A stretch of 64,000 bases of DNA from Oligoflexales bacterium (GCA_965215515.1 OZ244057.1:320001-384000), one strand, 5' to 3'; positions 1-8,782 are shown, counted from the stretch's first letter. The notes: generated by a model not told the origin, from the sequence alone. Program-made: numbers and translations.

Positions 1-415
1 CTTTTTCCACGCGACCGCCGACGCGGGCGGGGATGGTTTTTTCGCGTGTCTCGGCCTGTAATACTTTCCCTAACAGGCGTGCTCGCTTCTGCATTTTCAT
101 CGTGGTGACGGTAAAATAGGCGGGACGAAAATGTTGTAGTTGTGCTTTGCGTAGTTTTATTTCCGCCACGGTGGTGGCTGTTACGGCAGGTGTGTGTGTC
201 ACCTGTGTATCTTCGTCGTCGGGGGTGACTGCAGTCAAGTTCATGCCACAAAGCGGGCATTTGCCTGGCTCGTTCTCTCGTATTTCTGGATGCATCGCGC
301 AGGTGTAAAAACTCGCGGGATGCTCATGTGCATGTGACATATTAGCGTTTTCTGCTGTGGCATGTGTAGGGAGTGCGATGACGCAAACTGACAGAAGTAA
401 AGCGAGGCTATTCAT
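1..415 (-). CDS. CusB-like RND efflux periplasmic adaptor with N-terminal heavy-metal-binding domain (5' part; runs off the window)
   Basis: Translated by hand from ATG at 415: signal-like MNSLALLLSVCVIALP, then HAHEH and YTCAMHPEIRENEPGKCPLCGMNL (YTCxMHP...GxCPxCGMxL motif). Overlaps the stop of the upstream TolC-family gene. Confidence 0.8.
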   Translation of the reverse strand, partial: MNSLALLLSVCVIALPTHATAENANMSHAHEHPASFYTCAMHPEIRENEPGKCPLCGMNLTAVTPDDEDTQVTHTPAVTATTVAEIKLRKAQLQHFRPAYFTVTTMKMQKRARLLGKVLQAETREKTIPARVGGRVEK

Positions 416-1601
416 GTAGTGCTGCTCCCTGCAGATAGCGGTGCTGTAGGTGAATGGTGGCGAGTTGAGCTTGCAGTGTCGCTTGTTTGATTAAAATATT
501 TTGTAGTTGCAGTTCTGCTTGTAGCAACTCCGCGTAGGTGGCATCACCGTGTCGATAGGAGATGAGGGCGAGACGGCGTGAGTCACGGGCGAAGTTTTGG
601 GTTTCTTGGCGCAGGATGCGCAGCTCTGTGCTGGTTTTTGCTTTGCGTCGTTGCAGGAGGTGCAGCTCGCTGCTTTTGAAATCGCGATAGGTAGCGAGCT
701 GCAGGGTGGCTTGTTGTTGTGCCTGTAGACTCGCGGCATAGGCAGCGCGGCGACTGGCGGTGACGGGTAGTGGCCAGCTGATACTGAAGGTGAACAGGTT
801 ACCGTAACCGTCGAGGTTAGGACGGTAGGCTGCGGCGAGGGTCAGGTCGGGGATACGGGCGGCGTGGTGTGCCTGTGTCGTGATCCGTGTGGCGTGCACG
901 GCGTGCTGCAACGCTTGCTCGCGGTAATCATGGCTGTCGTCGTCTGTGTCGATGTCGTCGAGCACTTGCCAGGGGATGGAGGTCGGGTCGATGGGGATGC
1001 GGCGTTGGGTTAGGTACTGTTGTTTCGCCTGCTGTTCTTGACGGGCGTGTTCTGTGTCGCTGAGAGCCGTGCGTACTTCCGCCTCTCTTATCTGGATGTC
1101 GAGTACGGCACGGCGGGTACTCTTGCCGTTGGCGTAGAGTTGTTCGGCAATTTTGCGTGTCTTGTGTAGCCAGAGGTAGTTTTCCTGTAGAATTTTGTGT
1201 TCGGCACGTAGCTTGCGTACTGTGATTAAGACCTCCCACAACGCCCGTAACAGCTTGCGCTGCTGGTGTTGTGCTTGTGCCTGCCGTTCCTGGGCGGTGG
1301 CTGCCCATGCTTGGGCAAGGTTTTGCTGGCGGGCGGTCAGGGGGATTTTTTGCATAATGCTGATTTCAAAGCCGCGTCTCGGGGTGGTATTGCCTGTCGA
1401 CCAGGCGGGTGGGAGGTTTTTCGCACTGAGTTTGACGACGGGCTCGTGCCAGGCGCGTTGTTGTGTGCCTGTGTGTTGTGCGGCCTGTGCGTGGTGGTGG
1501 GCGGCGACAACCGCGGGGTGTGGGGATAAAGACTGCACGGCGGTGCGGAAAGTAAAGCCGCTGGCAAGCAAGGTGATGCCGCTGAGAAGAGCGTTACGCA
1601 T
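408..1601 (-). CDS. TolC-family outer membrane efflux protein (CusC/CzcC-like)
   Basis: Helical OEP-like repeats (LYANGKSTRRAVLDIQ; SYRHGDATYAELLQAEL; IPDLTLAAAY...FSISWPLP), directly upstream of the CusB-like gene. Start taken at ATG 1601 (MRNALL); the ORF extension to 1676 runs through a repeat. Confidence 0.75.
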   Translation of the reverse strand: MRNALLSGITLLASGFTFRTAVQSLSPHPAVVAAHHHAQAAQHTGTQQRAWHEPVVKLSAKNLPPAWSTGNTTPRRGFEISIMQKIPLTARQQNLAQAWAATAQERQAQAQHQQRKLLRALWEVLITVRKLRAEHKILQENYLWLHKTRKIAEQLYANGKSTRRAVLDIQIREAEVRTALSDTEHARQEQQAKQQYLTQRRIPIDPTSIPWQVLDDIDTDDDSHDYREQALQHAVHATRITTQAHHAARIPDLTLAAAYRPNLDGYGNLFTFSISWPLPVTASRRAAYAASLQAQQQATLQLATYRDFKSSELHLLQRRKAKTSTELRILRQETQNFARDSRRLALISYRHGDATYAELLQAELQLQNILIKQATLQAQLATIHLQHRYLQGAALHE

Positions 1602-1608
1602 ACTTACT

Positions 1609-1637
1609 ATTACAGCACAGGTGAGGGCTGGTGACAA
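1609..1637 (-). promoter_or_regulatory. Predicted sigma70 promoter for the TolC/CusB-like operon
   Basis: Minus strand reads TTGTCA-17 nt-TGTAAT with an extended -10 TG, 7 nt before ATG 1601. The -35 box lies inside repeat copy 1. Confidence 0.55.
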
Positions 1638-1686
1638 CATTTTTGTTCGTCTCCGCGAGGTACTTCCCCCTGTCAACCTCTGCGGA
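1616..1686. repeat. 71-bp structured direct repeat, copy 1
   Basis: 68/71 identical to 2675-2745. Contains hairpins GACAACA-TTTT-TGTTCGTC and TCCGCGAGG...CCTCTGCGGA. Confidence 0.95.
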
Positions 1687-1752
1687 TCAGATCCTTACCC
1701 ACGGAACTCAGGAAGAATCAACTCGTGTTTGTAATCAGTACGAAAATTACCC

Positions 1753-1781
1753 TTTACTTTTCAATGAGTGTGACCGATAAT
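1753..1781 (+). promoter_or_regulatory. Predicted sigma70 promoter upstream of the hairpin/NYN unit
   Basis: TTTACT (1753-1758)-17 nt-GATAAT (1776-1781). Confidence 0.6.
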
Positions 1782-1787
1782 GAACAT

Positions 1788-1858
1788 GCATGTGTGGCTT
1801 GTGTTCCTTACTCCCTAGAGCTAGTGTTCAGGGTTGGAGCTTCAAGCCAACTTTTTTT
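1788..1858 (+). ncRNA. Candidate small hairpin RNA or attenuator upstream of the NYN nuclease
   Basis: TGGCTTG (1795-1801) pairs with CAAGCCA (1843-1849). Inner stems GTTCC/GGAGC, CCCT/AGGG and GAGC/GTTC close a TAGT loop. T7 follows at 1852-1858. Confidence 0.5.
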
Positions 1859-1889
1859 GTTCATCCCGTCATGAGTGGTTGGTCGTAGC

Positions 1890-2578
1890 ATGGCAAAGGT
1901 GGCGTTTGTTGTTGATGGCGGCTATTTCACAAAGGGCTACTTCAGCATTTACAAGCGTTTTCCCTCGGCTAACGAGCTTCACGACTATGTTACCGCCTTA
2001 CAGCGTCACATAACAACAACTACACATCTAGCCGCAGCGAACTCTACAGAGTATTTTTCTACGATTGTGCGCCGCTCACTACGCAGATAACGAATCCAAT
2101 AAGTGGTCGCCCTTTCGACTTATCCAATTCTGGCAAGTTTAAGCAAAATCAGGGTCTACAAGATGGTTTGAAGAGACTGCCCTTCTTCGCTGTACGGCTA
2201 GGAAAACTAATCATCCCAGATAGAAAAGATCGTGATGGAAAAAAGTGGGATAGTTGGAAGCTGAAGCTTAAAATCAGCGAGTTTGCCAAACGATCTGCTC
2301 CTCTGCAAGCAGAAGACCTGATACCAAACATCACCCAGAAGGGTGTAGATATGCGGATTGGGCTAGATATTGCGAGCATTGCCACCAAAAAGCTTTGTGA
2401 CAGGCTCGTTCTCATCTCAGGTGACACTGACATGACCCCAGCCATGAAGCTAGCCAGAACGGAAGGGCTGCAGATATTCCTTCATATGTTCACACCTACG
2501 CACAACCTCGACATGCACGCCCACGCTGATGTAATAACCGACCACCGCAAAGTGTTTCCTCTGAAAAGAGGTAAGTAG
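1890..2578 (+). pseudogene. NYN (LabA/DUF88, PIN-like) nuclease split by a 1-nt frameshift near 2010-2013 (true pseudogene or sequencing error)
   Basis: Frame 1 gives MAKVAFVVDGGYF. The shifted frame continues ELYRVFFYDCAP...FAVRLG...QKGVDMRIGLDIASIA...LVLISGDTDMTPAMKLARTEG, which has the NYN acidic motifs. Adding one A at ATAACAACAAC joins the two frames. Confidence 0.85.
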
Positions 2579-2674
2579 GGCGTGTCGCCGTTTCGTTTAA
2601 TAATTTTTTGTGTGTGCTAACCACTTGTAATAGTAGGGCAAACCTGCATCATATGAAAAGATATAACAATAATT

Positions 2675-2745
2675 CACAGGTGAGGGCTGGTGACAATACT
2701 TTTGTTCGTCTCCGCGAGGTACTTCCCCCTGCCAACCTCTGCGGA
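2675..2745. repeat. 71-bp structured direct repeat, copy 2
   Basis: 68/71 identical to 1616-1686, same orientation. Confidence 0.95.
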
Positions 2746-2860
2746 CAACACGAGCTTGTGTGTCGCGCTGTAATTATAAGTATTTACCATTAAAACATTG
2801 ATTTTATGGTAGATAGTTGATACAAGCTCTCGGTCTTTGTTTTTATAAGGAGGAATCACA

Positions 2861-4279
2861 ATGTCCGTACTCGCATCAACTCTAGGCCGCGGCTTCATCC
2901 TGTTGACTTTGGCAGTTGGGTTGCTGGCCTACCAGTTTCCGCAGAAGGAAGGTGGTAACGTGTCTTCGTGCCGTGGTGAGGGGTGTGCCGCGGGGATAAC
3001 CAGCTCTCTCAAAGACATCAGCGATGCTGTCGCTTCTGTCGTGAGGAAAGCGGAGAAAGCGTTGGTGTTTGTCACCGTGACGCGTTTGGTGCAGGCCAGA
3101 CCTAATCCTTTCGATTATTTTTTCTGGCCGCCGCGTGTGCTCCCTCGTACGCCTAAGGTCGATAAGCATAAGGTTTCGGCATCGGGTTTTTTTGTCGATC
3201 TCGACAACGGCTATATTATTACCAATGCTCATGTTGTCAAGAACGGCGAACGTATTATGCTGACGTTAGCGAACGGAGAAGAGCACGAAGCCATCGTTAC
3301 GGGTGCGGACGAAAACACTGACATTGCTATTCTTCAGGTTGAAAACTTCAGTCGCGAGGGGCTCGGTTACCTAACACTCACCAGCAGTGCTGGTTTACGC
3401 ACAGGTGATTTTGTCGTGGCACTCGGTGCACCGTTTGGTTTCAAGGCCAGTGCTTCTTTTGGCATTGTGTCAGGCCTGCAGCGCGGCAACTTACACGGCT
3501 TGACTGCCTTGGGAAACTTTATTCAGACTGACGCGGCTATCAACCCTGGCAACAGCGGAGGGCCTTTGCTCAATACACAAGGGCAAGTGGTGGGAGTCAA
3601 CTCGGCTATCATTTCGGTTTCAGGTGGCTACAACGGACTTGGTTTTGCAGTGCCTGCCGAAATTGCGAAGAAGGTTGCTCAGCAGCTGGTGGAAAAAGGG
3701 AAGTTTGAACGCGGCTATCTCGGTGTCAGGATGCAAGAGCCTGACGTGAATCTGCGTGACTCTTTCCAAGTAAGGTATGGCGAAGGGGGAGTTATTGTCA
3801 CGGAGGTAATAGGGTCTAGCCCCGCGGCACAGGCAGGTTTGCAGGTCGGTGACGTTATCGTCGCTGTCGATGGACAAAAGGTCTCTACGCCATTCGAACT
3901 GGCTAACGCGGTAGGTTTCAACCCGCCAGACACAGTGATTGAAGTGGATTACGTCAGAAATGGTGAGAAGCTAAGTATTGAGATCAAGCTGGGCACAGCT
4001 TCTGATCTACAAGAAAAGAAGCAAGAAATCACTACTCTATGGGGCTTGCAGATAATTGAAGAGGTAACAGGTGAATATGGTGAGCGCGATGTTCTTCTCG
4101 TACTCAGCAGCGATAACATCACATCCGATGTGCGCCGTGGGGATTTAATTGTCGCGGTGGATAACGTCGAAGTGCAAGGAATCGCTTGGTTAAAAAACTA
4201 CCTCCAAGATAAAAAGGAGGTAGTTCTCTATGTCAGGCGCGGTGGACAATTCGTGTTTGTCACCTTACACCAACAGTGA
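2861..4279 (+). CDS. HtrA/DegP-DegQ family serine protease with PDZ domains
   Basis: ITNAHVV, TDIA, FIQTDAAINPGNSGGPL, RGYLGV PDZ start; RBS AGGAGG upstream. Confidence 0.95.
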   Translation: MSVLASTLGRGFILLTLAVGLLAYQFPQKEGGNVSSCRGEGCAAGITSSLKDISDAVASVVRKAEKALVFVTVTRLVQARPNPFDYFFWPPRVLPRTPKVDKHKVSASGFFVDLDNGYIITNAHVVKNGERIMLTLANGEEHEAIVTGADENTDIAILQVENFSREGLGYLTLTSSAGLRTGDFVVALGAPFGFKASASFGIVSGLQRGNLHGLTALGNFIQTDAAINPGNSGGPLLNTQGQVVGVNSAIISVSGGYNGLGFAVPAEIAKKVAQQLVEKGKFERGYLGVRMQEPDVNLRDSFQVRYGEGGVIVTEVIGSSPAAQAGLQVGDVIVAVDGQKVSTPFELANAVGFNPPDTVIEVDYVRNGEKLSIEIKLGTASDLQEKKQEITTLWGLQIIEEVTGEYGERDVLLVLSSDNITSDVRRGDLIVAVDNVEVQGIAWLKNYLQDKKEVVLYVRRGGQFVFVTLHQQ

Positions 4280-4284
4280 CTTTT

Positions 4285-6348
4285 TTACATGGAGAGGGCG
4301 GCGCTATTGACCCTATGACCGAAAATTTCGGCGAGACTGCGTACGATGGTAGGCAGATCGTTGACAGGGGTGGCATCGGCAAATTCACCGCTGGTATTGA
4401 AAATCTGGTTCCAGAGACTACCCAATTGCTTTTCACCTTGGCTCCAGACGGCTTGGTTAAGCGCTATCGCTGCCCCTACTCCCACCCCTGAGGAGAGAGT
4501 GCTTAGCCCCAGCCTTTTTTTTGTGCGCATGAAATCAGCAGTGATTCTCGCGGCTTCTTCGCTTCTACCCTGTTCGACATTGTTCAAAGCCTCTTTGAGA
4601 GCCTTCATCTCGTCTCTGTGACTGCTCATTGCTTGTTTCGCTTCGTCAAATCTTTGTGATGCAGTACTCATTGTGTTTTCTATATTCGAGATATTTTCGC
4701 GCCGCGATCTTATTTCTTTCTCCTGTCTGGTAACCTTTTGATCAAAAGCATCTATCTCAGCCCGTAGGGCATTAATGCGCTCTTTTTTCAACCTACTCAT
4801 AGCATGAGTTTTATTGATTGAGGTCATACGCCGCCAGAATGTTTCTTTTTCTTGCAAGTTATGTATCTGCTGTGCAGAATACTTCCTGGCAGCCTCTGCC
4901 TCAAATAAAGCCTTTCTGGCCGCGGAAATTTCTCGATCGAGTTTTGTCAAATGGGCATCAAAACTACTGCTTCCTTCGTTCATTGATCGGCGCAGTTTGA
5001 GATTTTCTTTCCTCAGCTCAATATTTTGGAAATGCGGCAAATTATCAAAGTAAGCTTTTTCTATCGCTGTTGCTCTTTTTATTTCACTGAACGAGCGGGT
5101 GAAGTCGACGATTGTGAGTTTTTTATAAAGTTCCTCTATCTTGCTAAATTTGGCTGAAAATGTAGCATCATCCGCTAACCCATGATATTCTTGCACACCA
5201 TCGAGTAAACGTCTATTTTTGGCTGCAAGCTCAAGCTTAGCGATTTTTTCGGCCTCTTTACTGCTAGGTATTGTCAAAAATTTCCCTTCGTTAAATTTAT
5301 ACAACCACCTCTTCTGTTCCTCTAGGCGATATAACCGCTCAGCATGCTGCAAAATCTCCCCTGTCTCCTGTTTGCTACGCGCTAGCATGCCTAAGTCACT
5401 CGCTAGCGCACCTTTGTCAAAAATACCAGGTAAGACTATTCTCCTTCGAGGAAAGTTCTCTAATTTTTTCGCCAGCTCCTCATAATGTCCTCGGAAAAGA
5501 TTGTTATTCTCCCTGTAGAACGCTAAGCCAGTCCTTTTGAGATTGAATCTTCCCTCCGCAGCAAGAACACGCAGGTTATCGGCAAACGCCTTGTCAACAC
5601 TATCTACCCTTGTCGCCAACTGCCTTAGAAATTCAGCATCTACCCTATTTTCAGGTCCGATAATTCTTCGTAACCTTTTCTCCAGCGCTGCGTCTACAGT
5701 GGAAATTTTGGCCAGCACTTCATTTATTTGTCTATCATCAGCACTTTCGAAAGCAGTATTTAGCTCCTCCTCTAGTCTACTTAGTTCCAGCTTTGCTGTC
5801 TTACTTGTTGCATTATCTGCAGCCCGTGCACTACGTGCACTCGCTATCAGTTCCGTCATTTGTTCTCTCTTCATATCGAGCTGCCGCGTAAGGTCATCCC
5901 CTTGCTCAGCTAATTCCTTTATTTTCTTCGCACCAAGTACCGCATCATCTAGCTGCTTACTACCGTGCCTAGCGAACTTCACCCCAGCTCTGATACCGAA
6001 CGCGGCCAACAGTAAGCCAGCACCTGCAGCTACGTGACCACTATACTTGGTAGCAAAGGAACGACGCAGCTCATTATGCAAGAAAACAACCTCCTGCCCA
6101 TTGTCATCGAGCAGCGCGGAGCGACAAACATGGGGATCGTTAAATGCCTGTTCGCTGTAAACGGCGGTCTTTTTGCACAACAACAGCCGATACGCCTCCA
6201 TTCCATCATTAGTTGCACTGGGCACAACCCCTAGGGTCAAACGCCCATCGGTGACTGCATGTAAATCCATCACAGGGGCACGTGCCAAAGGCTTACAAGC
6301 CACCATCGCTGCACAACTAGTCAGTAGCAATAACGACCTACCCATCAC
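4285..6348 (-). CDS. Hypothetical lipoprotein with long coiled-coil centre; paralogue of 61882-62622
   Basis: Lipobox-like MVAC, two hydrophobic Gly/Ala segments around an E/K/R-rich helical region; terminal motifs shared with 61882-62622. Confidence 0.8.
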   Translation of the reverse strand: MMGRSLLLLTSCAAMVACKPLARAPVMDLHAVTDGRLTLGVVPSATNDGMEAYRLLLCKKTAVYSEQAFNDPHVCRSALLDDNGQEVVFLHNELRRSFATKYSGHVAAGAGLLLAAFGIRAGVKFARHGSKQLDDAVLGAKKIKELAEQGDDLTRQLDMKREQMTELIASARSARAADNATSKTAKLELSRLEEELNTAFESADDRQINEVLAKISTVDAALEKRLRRIIGPENRVDAEFLRQLATRVDSVDKAFADNLRVLAAEGRFNLKRTGLAFYRENNNLFRGHYEELAKKLENFPRRRIVLPGIFDKGALASDLGMLARSKQETGEILQHAERLYRLEEQKRWLYKFNEGKFLTIPSSKEAEKIAKLELAAKNRRLLDGVQEYHGLADDATFSAKFSKIEELYKKLTIVDFTRSFSEIKRATAIEKAYFDNLPHFQNIELRKENLKLRRSMNEGSSSFDAHLTKLDREISAARKALFEAEAARKYSAQQIHNLQEKETFWRRMTSINKTHAMSRLKKERINALRAEIDAFDQKVTRQEKEIRSRRENISNIENTMSTASQRFDEAKQAMSSHRDEMKALKEALNNVEQGRSEEAARITADFMRTKKRLGLSTLSSGVGVGAAIALNQAVWSQGEKQLGSLWNQIFNTSGEFADATPVNDLPTIVRSLAEIFGHRVNSAALSM

Positions 6349-6574
6349 TATTCCCTCCTCACAAAGATTAAAAAACAGCTTGCGGAAAAGTCATCGGTCT
6401 TTTTTTTTTGGTTTTAGTTTTTTTAAATTTTTTTTACAGCGACGCTGGAGTATGACAAAATTTGCCGTGTTATTTTGTAAGACATGTGTAGATGCCCCCG
6501 CAGAGCAACAGCAAGGTGATGTTCCGCTTTCTCTACCTAGGAAAAGACGTATGTGGCGGCTGAGATAAACACCG

Positions 6575-8782
6575 CTAGTCGTCATCATTTTCTATTCTGT
6601 CGGGTCTATTTATTTGATAGTCGCTCTCGCATATTTTTAGATGCATACCCCATTCGGGAAGGTCTCTTCCGATAATAATTGAGTGCGTCTTCTTGTAAAG
6701 GCGATCAAAGTGCGGCGGTCTACCGATCTGTTCCCAAGCCGCATCGCTGAGGGTATGCTCACATTTGAGCATTGTACTCATCATTCTGCGCTCGAAGCTC
6801 TGCCTGCTGCGAAATACTTGCCTGCAGCCTAACCCCCAGTATCCATCTGCTGTTTGTCGGGTGAGGGAGGGGTTGTGGAAAGCGATGAATTTTTCTCTAA
6901 ACGCCGCGTCAGGTTTATTTTGCGTGAGACCATCGGTGCATCCCATCTCAAGACTCTCGCGGGTGACACAACCCTCGTCCCATAGCACAGTGCGTATTCT
7001 GCGTCCCTCGTCATCGTTCCTGAAAGCCGCGACATTCCGCAAAGCACAGGCGGTATCGAGTAACTCTTTTCCGCCTGTGTGGTCGCCGTAGACAACAGCA
7101 CTAGCCCAGAGATTCCTGTCGGTTTTATAGTAGCACGCACAGTCCTCATCGAGAACACGATCGTCATACAACTTGCCACTGCTGTAGACTCCGCCACATG
7201 TCATGACGATCTCTTTGCGGCACGCACCGCAGCTGCAAGTATCTGTATGCCACGCCAAATCGCTGTTACTAGGACAGGCGGTAATTTCGTTGTTATCGGT
7301 ATCGCAACATTTACAAGTCGGCTCTGGCGGCGGTGGCGGCGGTGGCGGCGGTGCGGGACAATTGCCCGTGCCCGCCACAGTGCGTCTGAGAGGAGCGATA
7401 ATCTGGAACATCGGACACTCTACCCCCGCACAAAGATCGGGACAGGTGCGGCGTTGTGCCCGCGATTTTCTCTGCTTCAGTGTCTTCCCCTCGCACACAC
7501 TGCTCGCGAGCGGCCACCACGCTTGCGATTGCCACGTTGCCCACTCTTCACAACCTGAGTCACAGGTATCCTCACACACAGGCTCGGTAACACATACTTT
7601 CTTGCCGCTGACATCCCGTGCTTCAGTGTCGGTGGTGCTGCAATCTGCGAGATGGCAGGGTACGGGACAAGTTCTCTGGCGAGTGCGAGTTTGCGTGAGT
7701 ACCTCACCTGCACAGACGCTGTTTGCCGCGGGTCTCCAACTACCCCACTCACCCCAAGCATCACAATTTTTAGGACTGAGACGACAGAGCTGGAGCGCCG
7801 TAACGGCTGCCTCAGGCAAGTTGTTGACGAGGCTGGCGTTGCCGTCGAGATCTCGCACCGCCTGCCACGCGGGGCTGTCGCAGGAATCACTAGCGGTGAG
7901 GTTTTTAAAATGCACAGGACGGGCAGCAACCCACATCGCCTCGGAAAACGTAACCACACCGCTCAACTGCTGTGCACTAAGGCCGTTGAGCAGGCTCTGC
8001 ACACGTACCTTGACAGAATTGACATCATGATCTTCTCTCCCTTCCCGCAACTGGCGGTAGAGAGTCAGAACCTCGCTCAACACCCCCTTCGCCGCAGCGA
8101 TGATCGCAGGATCGCTCAACTCCGTCATCAACTCAACATCGTTGAGCACAACATGCATGGTTCGCACCGTTTCATCAAAAAATGTTTTAATATCAACAAG
8201 TTGTCTCACATCTTGCGTCTCCCTGAGCGCCAGTATCTCGTTGACAAACTCCTCATCGACGAGCGTGGCCATGAGATCAGGCGGCCCCTTGAGCTGCGTG
8301 CTGATGAAACTACCCTGCGCGGCCAACGCCCGCCGTGCCGCATCATCAGCGAGGAGAACCGACAGTGCGGCAAGCATGTCAGCGCTGAGCTGTGCGGTGC
8401 GCGCTTTATCGGTATTAGTGCCCAAAGCGGTGGCCGCATCGACAACTCCTTGCAAACCTCTGCCGACTGCACTGTCGGCGGGAAATTTGCCCTGCAAGGC
8501 AATAACTATCCCCACCGCCCTGAGCGCCGTAGCTACGTCATCGGTAAGACGCTGGCTGAGCGCCCCCATCACCTTGCGAGTGTAGGTATTGACAAACCGC
8601 TGGTCGCTGAGCACCGTAGGATCGAAGTCTCGCGCGAGCAATCTGTTCACGATAACTGCGTAACGCCACTCTACCGTGTTCGCAACTCCCTGTTTTGCCG
8701 CCGCGTCCTGCGCCGTGTAGACCTGTGCCGTATCACAGCCCAAAGACAAACACAGCAGTACACCCCACCGCAAAACGCGCAT
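6575..8782 (-). CDS. Lipoprotein with two thrombospondin type-1-like repeats, a poly-Pro linker and a Cys-rich C-terminus
   Basis: LSLGC lipobox; WGEWGSW...C...QTRTRQRTC and WATWQSQAW...C...RKSRAQRRTC; run of nine prolines. Confidence 0.75.
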   Translation of the reverse strand: MRVLRWGVLLCLSLGCDTAQVYTAQDAAAKQGVANTVEWRYAVIVNRLLARDFDPTVLSDQRFVNTYTRKVMGALSQRLTDDVATALRAVGIVIALQGKFPADSAVGRGLQGVVDAATALGTNTDKARTAQLSADMLAALSVLLADDAARRALAAQGSFISTQLKGPPDLMATLVDEEFVNEILALRETQDVRQLVDIKTFFDETVRTMHVVLNDVELMTELSDPAIIAAAKGVLSEVLTLYRQLREGREDHDVNSVKVRVQSLLNGLSAQQLSGVVTFSEAMWVAARPVHFKNLTASDSCDSPAWQAVRDLDGNASLVNNLPEAAVTALQLCRLSPKNCDAWGEWGSWRPAANSVCAGEVLTQTRTRQRTCPVPCHLADCSTTDTEARDVSGKKVCVTEPVCEDTCDSGCEEWATWQSQAWWPLASSVCEGKTLKQRKSRAQRRTCPDLCAGVECPMFQIIAPLRRTVAGTGNCPAPPPPPPPPPEPTCKCCDTDNNEITACPSNSDLAWHTDTCSCGACRKEIVMTCGGVYSSGKLYDDRVLDEDCACYYKTDRNLWASAVVYGDHTGGKELLDTACALRNVAAFRNDDEGRRIRTVLWDEGCVTRESLEMGCTDGLTQNKPDAAFREKFIAFHNPSLTRQTADGYWGLGCRQVFRSRQSFERRMMSTMLKCEHTLSDAAWEQIGRPPHFDRLYKKTHSIIIGRDLPEWGMHLKICESDYQINRPDRIENDDD

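Noticed and set aside
1602..1676. N-terminal extension of the TolC ORF
   Set aside because: It runs through the non-coding repeat, and a promoter match sits just before ATG 1601.
1616..1686. Integron attC site, or a tRNA/tmRNA/SRP fragment
   Set aside because: No RYYYAAC...GTTRRRY ends, no integrase in the window, and no recognisable tRNA, tmRNA or SRP motifs.
2005..2040. Programmed ribosomal frameshift in NYN
   Set aside because: No X XXY YYZ slippery heptamer or clear stimulatory structure at the switch point.
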